Below, piece after piece: positions 34,445 through 46,665 of a DNA stretch of 64,000 bases. A program made the position numbers and the translations under genes. Origin of the DNA: Tubulanus polymorphus (taxonomy: Eukaryota; Animalia; Nemertea); the NCBI RefSeq assembly GCF_964204645.1, contig NC_134028.1, forward strand, positions 15,507,653 through 15,571,652, written 5' to 3'. The notes under the pieces were generated by a model. It saw only the letters and a program-made list of their open reading frames with translations. It made no database searches and was not told where the DNA came from. Every line of letters starts with the position of its first letter. Positions within the stretch are counted from its first letter, which is position 1.

Positions 34445-37309
34445 TAACCATAAGGTAATGTTTTTATACCATCATCTAAAATATGCCTTTTATCATCAAA
34501 TGGATTTAAACTAGTTTTTTCAACTTCATTAATGTACATCTCATGATCTTCTGATCTTAAACAATTCATTTTGTGTTTCATTACAATTGATTTATATAAA
34601 CACTTTATATAATCTTGAAATTCTATATGTTTATCAACCACATGTTTTGTTATTCCTTTTAACTTTTTAGCTTCATGATCTTTTGTTCTGTAACTATACA
34701 TTTTACTTCTTATCCCAACAAATTCAATCATTTCATCACCCCCTAATTCATCTTTAAACTTACCAGGAATCTTTTTATTATCATTGCTAAATAGTTCATG
34801 ATCTTTGGGATAATTGCTAAAATCAAAATGATGTTTTAATGTTTTTAAGTCTTTTGTTATGTCATTTGTCTTGATTTTTAGTATGTAGGCGTCAGTATTG
34901 TTGGCTATTAATGGAAATCCACAGTTAAATGTACCATCTTCAGTTGATAAATCATAAACATAATCTGTTGGGTTATATATTTCAAATAAATCTTTAACTT
35001 CTTCAGTTTACTCATTTTTTACATGGCTTAAATTAAAGCAATTTGGTTTAGATTTAATCAATCCAATATTCATATTAAAACCTAATGAATTGCATAATAT
35101 ATTTAATCCTGATATAGCAACTTTTCCTTTTTGAGCTAAAGATATTGTTTTGCGGTTTTTGAAACTTTTAGTACCATCGGCTGCGTAGAATCCAATGAAG
35201 AACCATTTTCTTAAATTATTTTTTGCATTTAATACATAATCTGGAACTATCTTTTCTTTAGTTGAAGTATTACTTTTCACTATTGTATGAATATAGAATT
35301 CGTTATTATATTTTATAGCAAAATCTTTAGGATTATTCACATGTATTCTATAACATTGCGATGATTTCATAACATCTATGATTTTGAATGTTTTATGTGA
35401 ATAAACTTCTTCACAGAATTTCTTAATTCTTTCTAATAATTTAAAGTCTTGATTGCATAAATACCAGCAATATTGAGTGCGATTAACATAATTATACACA
35501 CCTGCTGAACCATCACCCATGAAGAATCCTTTGATAAAATATTCTTTTTCTTCTAATGTTTCGGGTTCTATATTATAAATATTATCAATAATTTCATCAA
35601 ATGACATATGATTCATTCTTTTGAAAAATCTTTTATGTAATAATTCATCTCCAATTTTTATATCAGTTGGTTTTATTTCATCGCCATTTCGTTTAATTAA
35701 ACTATGATCTTCTGTAACATCTACAAATCCTAATTTAGTTCTAACTCTATAGATTTTCTTATTTGTTTTATGCCTAATAATATTCTTTAATTTTTTCCAT
35801 CCATTTCTTGTCCAAACATCCATTAAACAATTTATTTGTATTAATTCTTTTTCTCCATATGAAATATAACATTCATTTTGTTTTGGAATTATTTCTGAAA
35901 TTCTTATCAATATTTTATCATTACATTTTAATAATATTGGGGTGTCAGCTGTTACAGAGTCAAAATATAATATTTCAATATGCTTTTCTACATAGATAAA
36001 TTTTACGATGATGATCACTTTCTGTTCTAAAGAATAAATCAATTTGTTTTAACCACATATAATGTTCATTTTCATCTTTTTTATAATATAACAAATCTAT
36101 AGCATTTTCATCATCATAATATTCTGTTAAATATAAAGCTTCCAATGTATAATCTTTAATATTTTCACCTTTTGTCTTTGGTAATTGCATTAATTCGAAT
36201 ACATTTATTTTTAAATTATTAATTTTTTCTATTTTAGGAATCATTTTTATAGTTACTGGATATTGATCAATTTTATATCATGTTTCATATTTCCGATAAT
36301 CTGTTATTCTACAAACATTTTCCTGTGTTGGATGTAAGCAACTAATAATTGACCATAGAAAACATTTATTATCTTCATTTTGAATATTTATTACTGCTTT
36401 TGTTATAAATGGTAATTTAATATAAGATGATGCTTTAATATCCTTTTCTGTTGTAAAGTTTGAATCATTTTTAAACATTTTATTACTTTTTGATGTTTTA
36501 TTTCTTTTTGTATTATAAACATTTAAATCTAAATATATTATTTCATTCAATGTTAAGCCAGAACCCTCAAAATATCTTTCTTCAATATGACGTTTAAATT
36601 CATTTGATATTTTTTCTAACTTCTCTTTTATTTGTGTTTTTGAAATTATTTCTTCAGAGAGTGTTTGAATATTATAATTCATTTTTTCTTCTGACTTTAT
36701 AAAACTTACTTTCCCAGAGATACTAATTTTTGGATATTCAACATCTGTTATCAAATCTAGTATTTTTTCTATTATTTCACTAAATTTGCTATAATCTTCT
36801 ATTGTTGTTCCTTTAAAAAATCTAAATATAATAGCTGCAGGACCAATTTTACTATGTAATGTTTCTAAAATTTCAATTGTATCTTTTATTTCTAGTGAAT
36901 CAATATAATTTCTAACATTTTCCATGTAAGGTTTATTTGAAATGGATTTAGTTTTTGAAGTTGATTTTTTTACTTGTTGAGGTTTATTATCAAAATATTC
37001 TGATCCTAAAACATTTTTATTTAAATTTTTATAATGTTTTTGTGATTCGAGATGTCTATTATAATTCCTTTTTACTATAAATTCATTACAAACTGCACAT
37101 TTTATTTCATCCACATTCATATTTTCTAATCGTTCTTTTCTTTCATTGGAATTTTCTGGAGTTTCAAAATCTATTACATTTTTTATATGATTTGCAGATT
37201 TTTCATGTCGTGATTTTTGGGATTTATCGATGTATTTTTTACAATATTGACAATAATATTGATTTTTATTGACATTATTGTTTTCTGGTTGGTGTTCATT
37301 CTCCCCCAT
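34342..37309 (-). pseudogene. Protein-primed family B DNA polymerase (pPolB), internally deleted, intein-containing
   Basis: N-terminal zinc fingers and OTU-like INIQNEDNKCFLWS..HY block. In-frame TGA at 36278. Deletion of exonuclease and motifs A/B at ~35990. Motif C ILYFD^TDA, then FDFSNY..PGKFKDE..RSKMY..KLKGI..FDDKR..TLPYG. Confidence 0.93.
34897..35958 (-). mobile_element. Intein with LAGLIDADG homing endonuclease, 354 codons, one nonsense codon (35008-35010)
   Basis: Block A SVTADTPIL, block B VDVTEDHSL, LAGLIDADG blocks IKGFFMGDG and FIGFYAADG, block F YVYDLSTEDGTF, terminus IANN/T. Excision restores YFD-TDA. Confidence 0.93.
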
Positions 37310-37389
37310 TTATAAGGAAAAAAAATTACTTGTGGTGATGAGTGGTCGACCTTCGACCTCTGATCTGAAACCCACATCTTCCAATTACT
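37305..37389 (-). repeat. Right TIR (includes promoter motif and ATG of pPolB)
   Basis: Reverse complement of 22520-22604. Confidence 0.95.
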
Positions 37390-37764
37390 TATGTCGACGA
37401 GGTATCAAAATAAAAGAATATATTACTTTATTCGGCCGCGGGCCTCTATATCAATACCATCAATACTCTATATTTCCTACAGTACATACCGATCATTGTC
37501 AAATCCACAAGGTATTTACTAAATACAAGTATATAACACACTCCTATCCGTATGCTGGACTCACACTTGACATTCGTAGTAAGCGTTCGCTGTGGGGGAA
37601 AGGAGATCGTTCGCTGTGTCGCTTGAAGTGTTTATCCAGTTTTACGCGACCTTAAAGCTTTAGTATGGTGGCTGATAAGATAAAAAAAACACGAATTTGC
37701 AAATGAGGGCGACATAACGACAAAACGACAAAACTAAAATAACGCGAGAAAACAATGATTTTGA

Positions 37765-38598
37765 TTTTGTCGCCCGCGACAATTCAATATTTTGGTTTTA
37801 TCGCCCGAGACAATTCATTATTTTGGTTTTATCGCCCGCGACAATTCAATATTTTTGTTTTATCGCCCGCGACAATTCATTAGTTTGGTTTTATCGCCCG
37901 CGACAATTCATTAGTTTGGTTTTGTCGCCCGCGACAATTCAATATTTTGGTTTTATCACCCGCGACAATTCATTAGTTTGGTTTTATCGTCCGTGATAAT
38001 TCAATATTTTGGTTTTATCGCCCACGACAAGTCATTACTTTGGTTTTATCTCCAGCGACAATTCATTATTTTCGTTTTGTCGCCCGCAACAATTCTTGTT
38101 TTTGGTTTTGACGCCTGCGACAATTCATTATTTTGGTTTTATACTTTGTTTTTGTCGCCCGAGACAATTTTTTTTTTTTGGTTTTGTCACCCGCGACAAT
38201 TCAATATTTTGGTTTTGTTGCCCGCGACGATTCAATATTTTGGTTTTATCGCCCGAGATAATTCATTATTTTGGTTTTATCGCCCGCGACAATTCATTAT
38301 TTTGGTTTTATCGCCCGCGACAATTCAATATTTTGGTTCTATCGCCCGCGACAATTCATTATTTTGGTTTTATCGCCCCCGACAATTCAATATTTTTGTT
38401 TTATCGCCCGCGACAATTCATTAGTTTGGTTTTATCGCCCGCGACAATTCATTAGTTTGGTTTTGTCGCCCGCGACAATTCAATATTTTGGTTTTATCAC
38501 CCGCGACAATTCATTAGTTTGGTTTTATCGCCCGCGACAATTCATTAGTTTGGTTTTGTCGCCCGCGACGATTCATTAGTTTGGTTTTGTCGCCCGCG
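37765..38598. repeat. 31-bp satellite (TTTTGGTTTTRTCGCCCGCGACAATTCATTA)n
   Basis: Read directly. Internal dyad TTGTCGC-CC-GCGACAA. Confidence 0.95.
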
Positions 38599-39418
38599 AA
38601 ATATCTTTCTTCAATATGACGTTTAAATTCATTTAATATTTTTTCTAACTTCTCTTTTATTTGTGTTTTTGAAATTATTTCTTCAGAGAGTGTTTGAATA
38701 TTATAATTCATTTTTTCTTCTGACTTTATAAAACTTACTTTCCCAGAGATACTAATTTTTGGATATTCAACATCTGTTATCAAATCTAGTATTTTTTCTA
38801 TTATTTCACTAAATTTGCTATAATCTTCTATTGTTGTTCCTTTAAAAAATCTAAATATAATAGCTGCAGGACCAATTTTACTATGTAATGTTTCTAAAAT
38901 TTCAATTGTATCTTTTATTTCTAGTGAATCAATATAATTTCTAACATTTTCGATGTAAGGTTTATTTGAAATGGATTTAGTTTTTGAAGTAGATTTTTTT
39001 ACTTGTTGAGGTTTATTATCAAAATATTCTGATCCTAAAACATTTTTATTTAAATTTTTATAATGTTTTTGTGATTCGAGATGTCTATTATAATTCCTTT
39101 TTACTATAAATTCATTACAAACTGCACATTTTATTTCATCCACATTCATATTTTCTAATCGTTCTTTTCTTTCATTGGAATTTTCTGGAGTTTCAAAATC
39201 TATTACATTTTTTATATGATTTGCAGATTTTTCATGTCGTGATTTTTGGGATTTATCGATGTATTTTTTACAATATTGACAATAATATTGATTTTTATTG
39301 ACATTATTGTTTTCTGGTTGGTGTTCATTCTCCCCCATTTATAAGGAAAAAAAATTACTTGTGGTGATGAGTGGTCGACCTTCGACCTCTGATCTGAAAC
39401 CCACATCTTCCAATAACT
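38599..39418 (-). mobile_element. Duplicated right end of the Polinton (truncated pPolB N-terminus plus TIR with one terminal substitution)
   Basis: Copy of 36570-37389 at offset 2029, followed by the same TATGTC and flank. Confidence 0.92.
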
Positions 39419-39794
39419 TATGTCGACGAGGTATCAAAATAAAAGAATATATTACTTTATTCGGCCGCGGGCCTCTATATCAATACCATCAATACTCTAT
39501 ATTTCCTACAGTACATACCGATCATTGTCAAATCCACAAGGTATTTACTAAATACAAGTATATAACACACTCCTATCCGTATGCTGGACTCACACTTGAC
39601 ATTCGTAGTAAGCGTTCGCTGTGGGGGAAAGGAGATCGTTCGCTGTGTCGCTTGAAGTGTTTATCCAGTTTTACGCGACCTTAAAGCTTTAGTATGGTGG
39701 CTGATAAGATAAAAAAAACACGAATTTGCAAATGAGGGCGACATAACGACAAAACGACAAAACTAAAATAACGCGAGAAAACAATGATTTTGAT

Positions 39795-42712
39795 TTTGTC
39801 GCCCGCGACAATTCGTTATTTTGGTTTCATCGCCCATGACAATTCATTACTTTCGTTTTATCGCCAGCGACAATGCATTATTTTGGTTTTGTCGCCCCCG
39901 ACAATTCTTCTTTTTGGTTTTGTCGCCCGCGACAATTCATTATTTTGGTTTTATATTTCGTTTTTGTCGCCCTTGACAATTTTCTTTTTTGGTTTTGGCG
40001 CCCGCGAGAATTCAATATTTTGGTTTTATTGCCTGCGACAATTCAATATTTTGGTTTTTTTCGCCCGCGATAATTCATTATTTTGATTTTGTCGCCTGAG
40101 AAATCCATTATTTTGGTTTTATCGCCCGCGACAATTCATTATTACGGTTTTATCACCCGTGACAATTCATTATTTTGGTTTTGTCGCCCGCAACAATTCA
40201 TTATTTTGGTTTTGTCGTCCCGACAATTCATTATTTTGGTTTTATCGCCCACGACAATTCATTACTTTGGTTTTATATTTTGTTTTTGTCGCCCGCGACA
40301 ATTTTCCTTTTTTGGTTTTGTCGCCCGCGACAATTCAATATTTTGGTTTTATCGCCTGCGACAATTCAATATTTTGGTTTTATCGCCCACGATAATTCAT
40401 TATTTTGGTTTTGTCGCCTGAGAAAATTCATTATTTTGGTTTTATCGCCCGCGACAATTCATTATTACGGTTTTATCGCCCGCGACAATTCATTATTTTG
40501 GTTTTGTCGCCCCGACAATTCTTTTTTTGGTTTTGTCGCCCGCGACAATTCATTAGTTTGGTTTTGTGGCCCGCGACAATTCAATATTTTGGTTTTGTCG
40601 CCCGCGACAATTCAATATTTTGGTTTTGTCGCCTGCGACAATTCAATATTTTGGATTTGTCGCCCGCGACAATTCATTATTTTGGTTTTATCGCCCGCGA
40701 CAATTCAATATTTTGGTTTTATCGCCCGCGATAATTCATTATTTTGGTTTTATCGCCTGCGACAATTCATTATTTTGGTTTTGTCGCCCGAGACAATTCA
40801 TTATTTTAGTTTTATCGCCCGCGACAATTCATTATTTTGGTTTTATCGCCCGCCACAATTCATTATTTTGGTTTTGTCGCCCCGACAATTCTTTTTTGGT
40901 TTTGTCGGCCACGACAATTCATTAGTTTGGTTTTGTCGCCCGCAACAATTCATTAGTTTGGTTTTGTCGCCCGTGACAATTCAATATTTTGGTTTTATCG
41001 CCCACGACAAGTCATTACTTTGGTTTAATCGCCCACGACAATTCAATATTTTGGTTTTATCGCCCGAGATAATTCATTATTTTGGTTTTATCGCCCGCGA
41101 CAATTCAATATTTTGGTTTTATCGCCCGAGACAATTCATTATTTTGGTTTTATCGCCCGCGACAATTCAATATTTTTGTTTTATCGCCTGCGACAATTCA
41201 TTAGTTTGGTTTTATCGCCCGCGACAATTCATTAGTTTGGTTTTGTCGCCCGCGACAATTCAATATTTTGGTTTTATCACCCGCGACAATTCATTAGTTT
41301 GGTTTTATCGTCCGTGACAATTCAATATTTTGGTTTTATCGCCCACGACAAGTCATTACTTTGGTTTTATCTCCAGCGACAATTCATTATTTTCGTTTTG
41401 TCGCCCGCAACAATTCTTGTTTTTGGTTTTGACGCCTGCGACAATTCATTATTTTGGTTTTATCCTTTGTTTTTGTCGCCCCAGACAATTTTTTTTTGTG
41501 GTTTTGTCGCCTGCGACAATTCAATATTTTGGTTTTGTTGCCCGCGACAATTCAATATTTTGGTTTTATCGCCCGAGATAATTCATTATTTTGGTTTTAT
41601 CGCCCGCGACAATTCATTATTTTGGTTTTATCGCCCGCGACAATTCATTAATTGGTTTTATCGCCCGCGACAATTCAATATTTTTGTTTTATCGCCCGCG
41701 ACAATTCATTAGTTTGGTTTTATCGCCCGCGACAATTCATTAGTTTGGTTTTGTCGCCCGCGACAATTCAATATTTTGGTTTTATCACCCGCATCAATTC
41801 ATTAGTTTGGTTTTATCGCCCGCGACGATTCATTGGTTGGGTTTTGTCGCCCGCGACGATTCATTAGTTTGGTTTTGTCGCCCGCGACAATTCATTAGTT
41901 TGGTTTTGTCGCCCGCAACAATTCAATACTTTGGTTTTATCACCCGCGACGATTCATTAGTTTGGTTTTATCTCCAGCGACAATTCATTATTTTCGTTTT
42001 GTCGCCCGCAACAATTCTTGTTTTTGGTTTTGACGCCTGCGACAATTCATTATTTTGGTTTTATACTTTGTTTTTGTCGCCCCAGACAATTTTTTTTTTT
42101 GGTTTTGTCGCCCGCGACAATTCAATATTTTGGTTTTGTTGCCCGCGACAATTCAATATTTTGGTTTTATCGCCCGAGATAATTCATTATTTTGGTTTTA
42201 TCGCCCGCGACAATTCATTATTTTGGTTTTATCGCCCACGACAATTCAATATTTTGGTTTTATCGCCTGCGACAATTCATTATTTTGGTTTTATCGCCCT
42301 CGACAATTCAATATTTTTGTTTTATCGCCCCCGACAATTCATTAGTTTGGTTTTATCGCCCGCGACAATTCATTAGTTTGGTTTTGTCGCCCGCGACAAT
42401 TCAATATTTTGGTTTTATCACCCGCGACAATTCATTAGTTTGGTTTTATCGCCCGCGACGATTCATTGGTTGGGTTTTGTCGCCCGCGACGATTCATTAG
42501 TTTGGTTTTGTCGCCCGCGACAATTCATTAGTTTGGTTTTGTCGCCCGCGACAATTCAATACTTTGGTTTCATCACCCGCGACGATTCATTAGTTTGGTT
42601 TTATCGCCTGCGACGATTCATTAGTTTGGTTTTGTCGCCCGCGACAATTCAATATTTTGGTTTTATCACCCGCGACAATTCATTAGTTTGGTTTTGTCGC
42701 CCGCGACAATTC
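39795..42712. repeat. 31-bp satellite array
   Basis: Read directly. Higher-order duplications are shared with 37780-38598. Confidence 0.95.
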
Positions 42713-44130
42713 TTTTTCAGTCCACTTGGGACTTTAGTCCCAGCGGGCTATTGTGTTCACTTTTCGTCCGTTCGTCCGTCCATAGACGGAATCCAGTTAT
42801 TTTGGGAAGTTTTGAAGACGCTTCAAGGTAATGTCTTGATATTTGGTTTGTACATGTATCTACCCTAGACATATCGTCAGCCCAAAAACTGGCCCTGTCA
42901 GATTCAAGATGGCCGACTGGCAGCCATTGTTGTTTGCCAAAATCAGCACTTTTTAAACATTTTCGAAGTTTTCATGGGGAAATTTTGAAGACGCTTTGAT
43001 CAATTACCTTGATCTTTCGTTTATATTTGAATCTACCAAAGGCCCATCAGCATAAGAAAATTGGGTCGATCTGACTCAAGATGGCCGTCCTATGACCTTT
43101 TTAGTGCCCAAAAATGTCAATTTTGGCCAGAATTCTAGGTCCTGTACCTTCCTACTGGTTTGCCATTTCTCATTGCAACTGCTGATGGGTATTCTTTAGA
43201 GAGGGATGTTTTATACCTGGGACTGGTATTTTTGATCAGCCAATTATGACGCAATTGGCGGCCATTTTGGTGTCATCAGTACTCATTTGTAGGTGGGAAA
43301 AAGTTTTTCCACATTAAATCGATACCTAAGCATATTGTGTTACTACATTCAATTGGAAAGTTGTAGCCCATAACGTGTTCTATGATTTTGGTGAGTTGCA
43401 AGGTCATTGGTTTTAGTATGTGGCCATCAGGGGGCGTTGAATAATACAATAACTTAGTATTGCTATATTATATTTGTACCAAGGCATATTTTGTTACCAT
43501 GATCAATTGCAAAGTTGTAGTTCATGACATCGTCTATGATTGTGGTGAGTTTTTAAGGACATTAGTTATTCCATATAGTCACCAGGGGGCGTTGAATAGT
43601 AGAAAAGCTAAGCTTTTCCTTATTAGATTGGTACCTAGGCATAGTTTGTTACCATGATCCATTGCGAAGTTGTAGATCATGACATCGTCTATGATTGTGG
43701 TGAGTTTTTAAGGATATTAGTTATTCCATATAGTCACCAGGGGGCGTTGAATGGTAGAATGGCTTAGTATTTCCTTATTAGATTGGTACCTAGGCATATT
43801 TTGTTACTATGATCAATTGCAAAGTTGTATTTCATGACATGTACTACGATTGTGGTGAGTTTTAAGGTCATTGGGTTTTGCATATGGTCACCAGGGGCGT
43901 TGAATAGTAGAATAACTTAGTATTTCCATATTAAATTGGTAACGAGGCATATTTTGTTATCACAATCAATTACAAAATCATAGCTGCTCACATGTTCTAT
44001 GATTGTGGTGGGTTTAAGGTCATTGGTTTTTGTATATGGTCACTAGAGGGCGTTATGTATTGAAATTGTTAGATTGTTGAGTATTTGAAACCACCTCCCA
44101 AGTGAGCATGGTGTCCCTGGACCCCTAGTT
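42713..44130 (+). mobile_element. Second HINE family inserted in the satellite, with internal ~120-bp tandem repeats
   Basis: 5' T-run and CACTTGGG sub-TIR, hairpin GGGACTTTAGTCCC, (CGTC)n. 3' CCCAAGTG and stem-loop GTCC-CT-GGAC. Confidence 0.7.
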
Positions 44131-44337
44131 TGGTTTTGTCGCCCGCGACAATTCATTATTCTGGTTTTGTCGCACCAACAATTCAATATTTTGTTTTTGT
44201 CGTCCGCGACAATTCATTATTTTGGTTTTATCGCCGCGACAATTCAATATTTTGGTTTTAACGCCCGCGACAATTCATTATTTTGGTTTTATCACCCGCG
44301 ACAATTCATTAATTTGGTTTTGTCGCCCGCGACAATT

Positions 44338-45600
44338 CTTTTTCAGTCCACTTGGGACTTTAGTCCCAGCGGGCTATTGCATTCACTTTTCGTCCGTCCG
44401 TCCGTCCATAGACGGAATCCAGTTATTTTGGGAAGTTTTGGAGACGCTTCAAGGTAATGTCTTGATATTTGGTTTATACATGTATCTACCCTAGACATAT
44501 CGTCAGCTAAAAAACTGGCCCTGTCAGATTCAAGATGGCCGACTGGCAGCCATTGTTGTTTGCCAAAATCAGCACTTTTAAACATTTTCGAAGTTTTCGT
44601 GGGAAATTTTGAAGACGCTTTGATCAATTACCTTGATCTTTCGTTTATATTTGAATCTACCAAAGGCCCATCAGCATAAGAAAATTGGATCGATCTGACT
44701 CAAGATGGCCGTCCTATGACCTTTTAGTGCCCAAAAATGTCAATTTTGGCCAGAATTCTAGGTCCTGTAGCTTCCTACTGGTTTGCCATTTCTCATTGCA
44801 ATTGCTGATGGGTATTCTTTAGAGAGGGATGTTTTATACCTGGGACAGGTATTTTTGATCAGCCAATTATGACGCAATTGGCGGCCAACTTGGTGTCATC
44901 AGTACTCATTCGTAGGTGGGAAAAAGTTTTTCCACAATCAATTGATACCTAAGCATATTGTGTTACTATATTCAATTGGAAAGTTGTAGCCCATAACGTG
45001 TTCTATGATTTTGGTGAGTTTCAAGGTCATTGGTTTTTGTATGTGGCCATCAGGGGGCGTTGAATAATAAAATAACTTAGTATTGCTATATTATATTTGT
45101 ACCAAGGCATATTTTGTTACCATGATCAATTGCAAAGTTGTAGTTCATGACATCGTCTATGATTGTGGTGAGTTTTTAAGGACATTAGTTATTCCATATA
45201 GTCACCAGGGGGCGTTGAATAGTAGAATGGCTAAGTATTTCCTTATTAGATTGGTACCTAGGCATATTTTGTTCCTATGATCAATTGCAAAGTTGTATTT
45301 CATGACATGTACTACGATTGTGGTGAGTTTTAAGGTCATTGGGTTTTGCATATGGTCACCAGGGGCGTTGAATAGTAGAATAACTTAGTATTTCCATATT
45401 AAATTGGTAACGAGGCATATTTTGTTATCACAATCAATTACTAAATCATAGCTGCTCACATGTTCTATGATTGTGGTGGGTTTCAAGGTCATTGGTTTTT
45501 GTATATGGTCACTAGAGGGCGTTATGTATTGAAATTGTTAGATTGTTGAGCATTTGAAACCACTTCCCAAGTGAGCATGGTGTCCCTGGACCCCTAGTTT
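44338..45600 (+). mobile_element. Copy of the second HINE family (one fewer internal repeat)
   Basis: Homologous to 42713-44130. An extra 3' end lies at 45818-45932. Confidence 0.7.
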
Positions 45601-46253
45601 GGTTTTGTCACCCGCGACAATTCATTATTCTGGTTTTGTCGCACGCAACAATTCAATATTTTGTTTTTGTCGTCCGCGACAATTCATTATTTTGGTTTTA
45701 TATTTTGTTTTTGTCGCCCGCGAAATTTTTCTTTTTTGGTTTTGCCGCCCGCGACAATATTTTGGTTTTAACGCCCGCGATAATTCATTGTTGTTTTGGT
45801 TTTATCGCCCGCGACAAGAGGTCATTGGTTTTTGTATATGGTCACTAGAGGGCGTCATGTATTGAAATTGTTAGATTGTTGAGCATTTGAAACCACTTCC
45901 CAAGTGAACATGGTGTCCCTGGACCCCTAGTTTGGTTTTGTCACCCGCGACAATTCATTATTCTGGTTTTGTCGCACGCAACAATTCAATATTTTGTTTT
46001 TGTCGTCCGCGACAATTCATTATTTTGGTTTTATCGCCGCGACAATTCAATATTTGGTTTTAACGCCCGCGACAATTCATTATTGTGGTTTTATCGCCGG
46101 CGACAAATGATTATTTTGGTTTTATCGCCCGCGACAATTAATTTTTTTGGTTTTGTCGCCCACTTTATTAGCTTTTGAATAATTAGGCCTATTAATAACG
46201 TAATAAAGACTTATGCTTTCGCCTATTTTGAAGTCGAATAATCTGATATAGTA

Positions 46254-46665
46254 CGGAAGCGATAAAGGGCCTCGAGTTGTCGCGTTCAAACTCGACAAGT
46301 CGCCATATTTATGTCGATATATCGCGATATATCGCGTCAAGTCCACATGAATATGTCTACATATCGTGACGTTTTCACAATAAATTTCGCTTTTTTGCTC
46401 ATTTTCCACGGGACAAGCCGTCATTTGAAGACATGTCTAAATGTAAGATGAGGACGCTAGTAATATGACGACTGAGTTTCAAGTCGTCATGAATATGTCG
46501 ACTTGTCGCGAGGAAAATGGTCGAGAAAACGAAATATGTCGTCAAAACGTCACGATATATCGACATATTCATGTCGACTTGACGCGATATATCGCGGTAT
46601 GTTGACATAAATATGGCGACTTGTCGAGTTGGAACGCGACATCTCGAGGCCCCTTATCGCTTCTG
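46254..46665. mobile_element. MITE with long imperfect TIRs and TA TSD (Tc1/mariner-type)
   Basis: TA|CGGAAGCGATAAAGGGCCTCGAG...CTCGAGGCCCCTTATCGCTTCTG|TA. A partial copy starts at 46767. Confidence 0.75.

Larger units (their letters stand above)
22520..37389. mobile_element. Full-length Polinton/Maverick (polintovirus-like) provirus, 14,870 bp, coding-defective
   Basis: AG...CT termini and 85-bp TIRs with 1 mismatch. 6-bp TSD TATGTC (22514-22519, 37390-37395). Empty sites at 48689 and 54416. Encodes pPolB, integrase, ATPase, MCP and penton. Confidence 0.97.

Noticed and set aside
35008-36280. Alternative genetic code to explain in-frame stops
   Set aside because: Both TAA and TGA occur internally and also end genes, and homologous copies have sense codons at such positions (e.g. 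23396 vs the 15041-15409 ORF).
37269-37655. 128-aa plus-strand ORF across the TIR (and its copy at 39298-39684); antisense ORFs such as 27346-27798
   Set aside because: They cross the insertion junction or shadow real genes, use non-ATG starts and have no motifs.
39795-42712. Palindromic ~31-bp repeats resembling a CRISPR array
   Set aside because: Monomers are contiguous with no unique spacers, there are no cas genes, and the context is eukaryotic.
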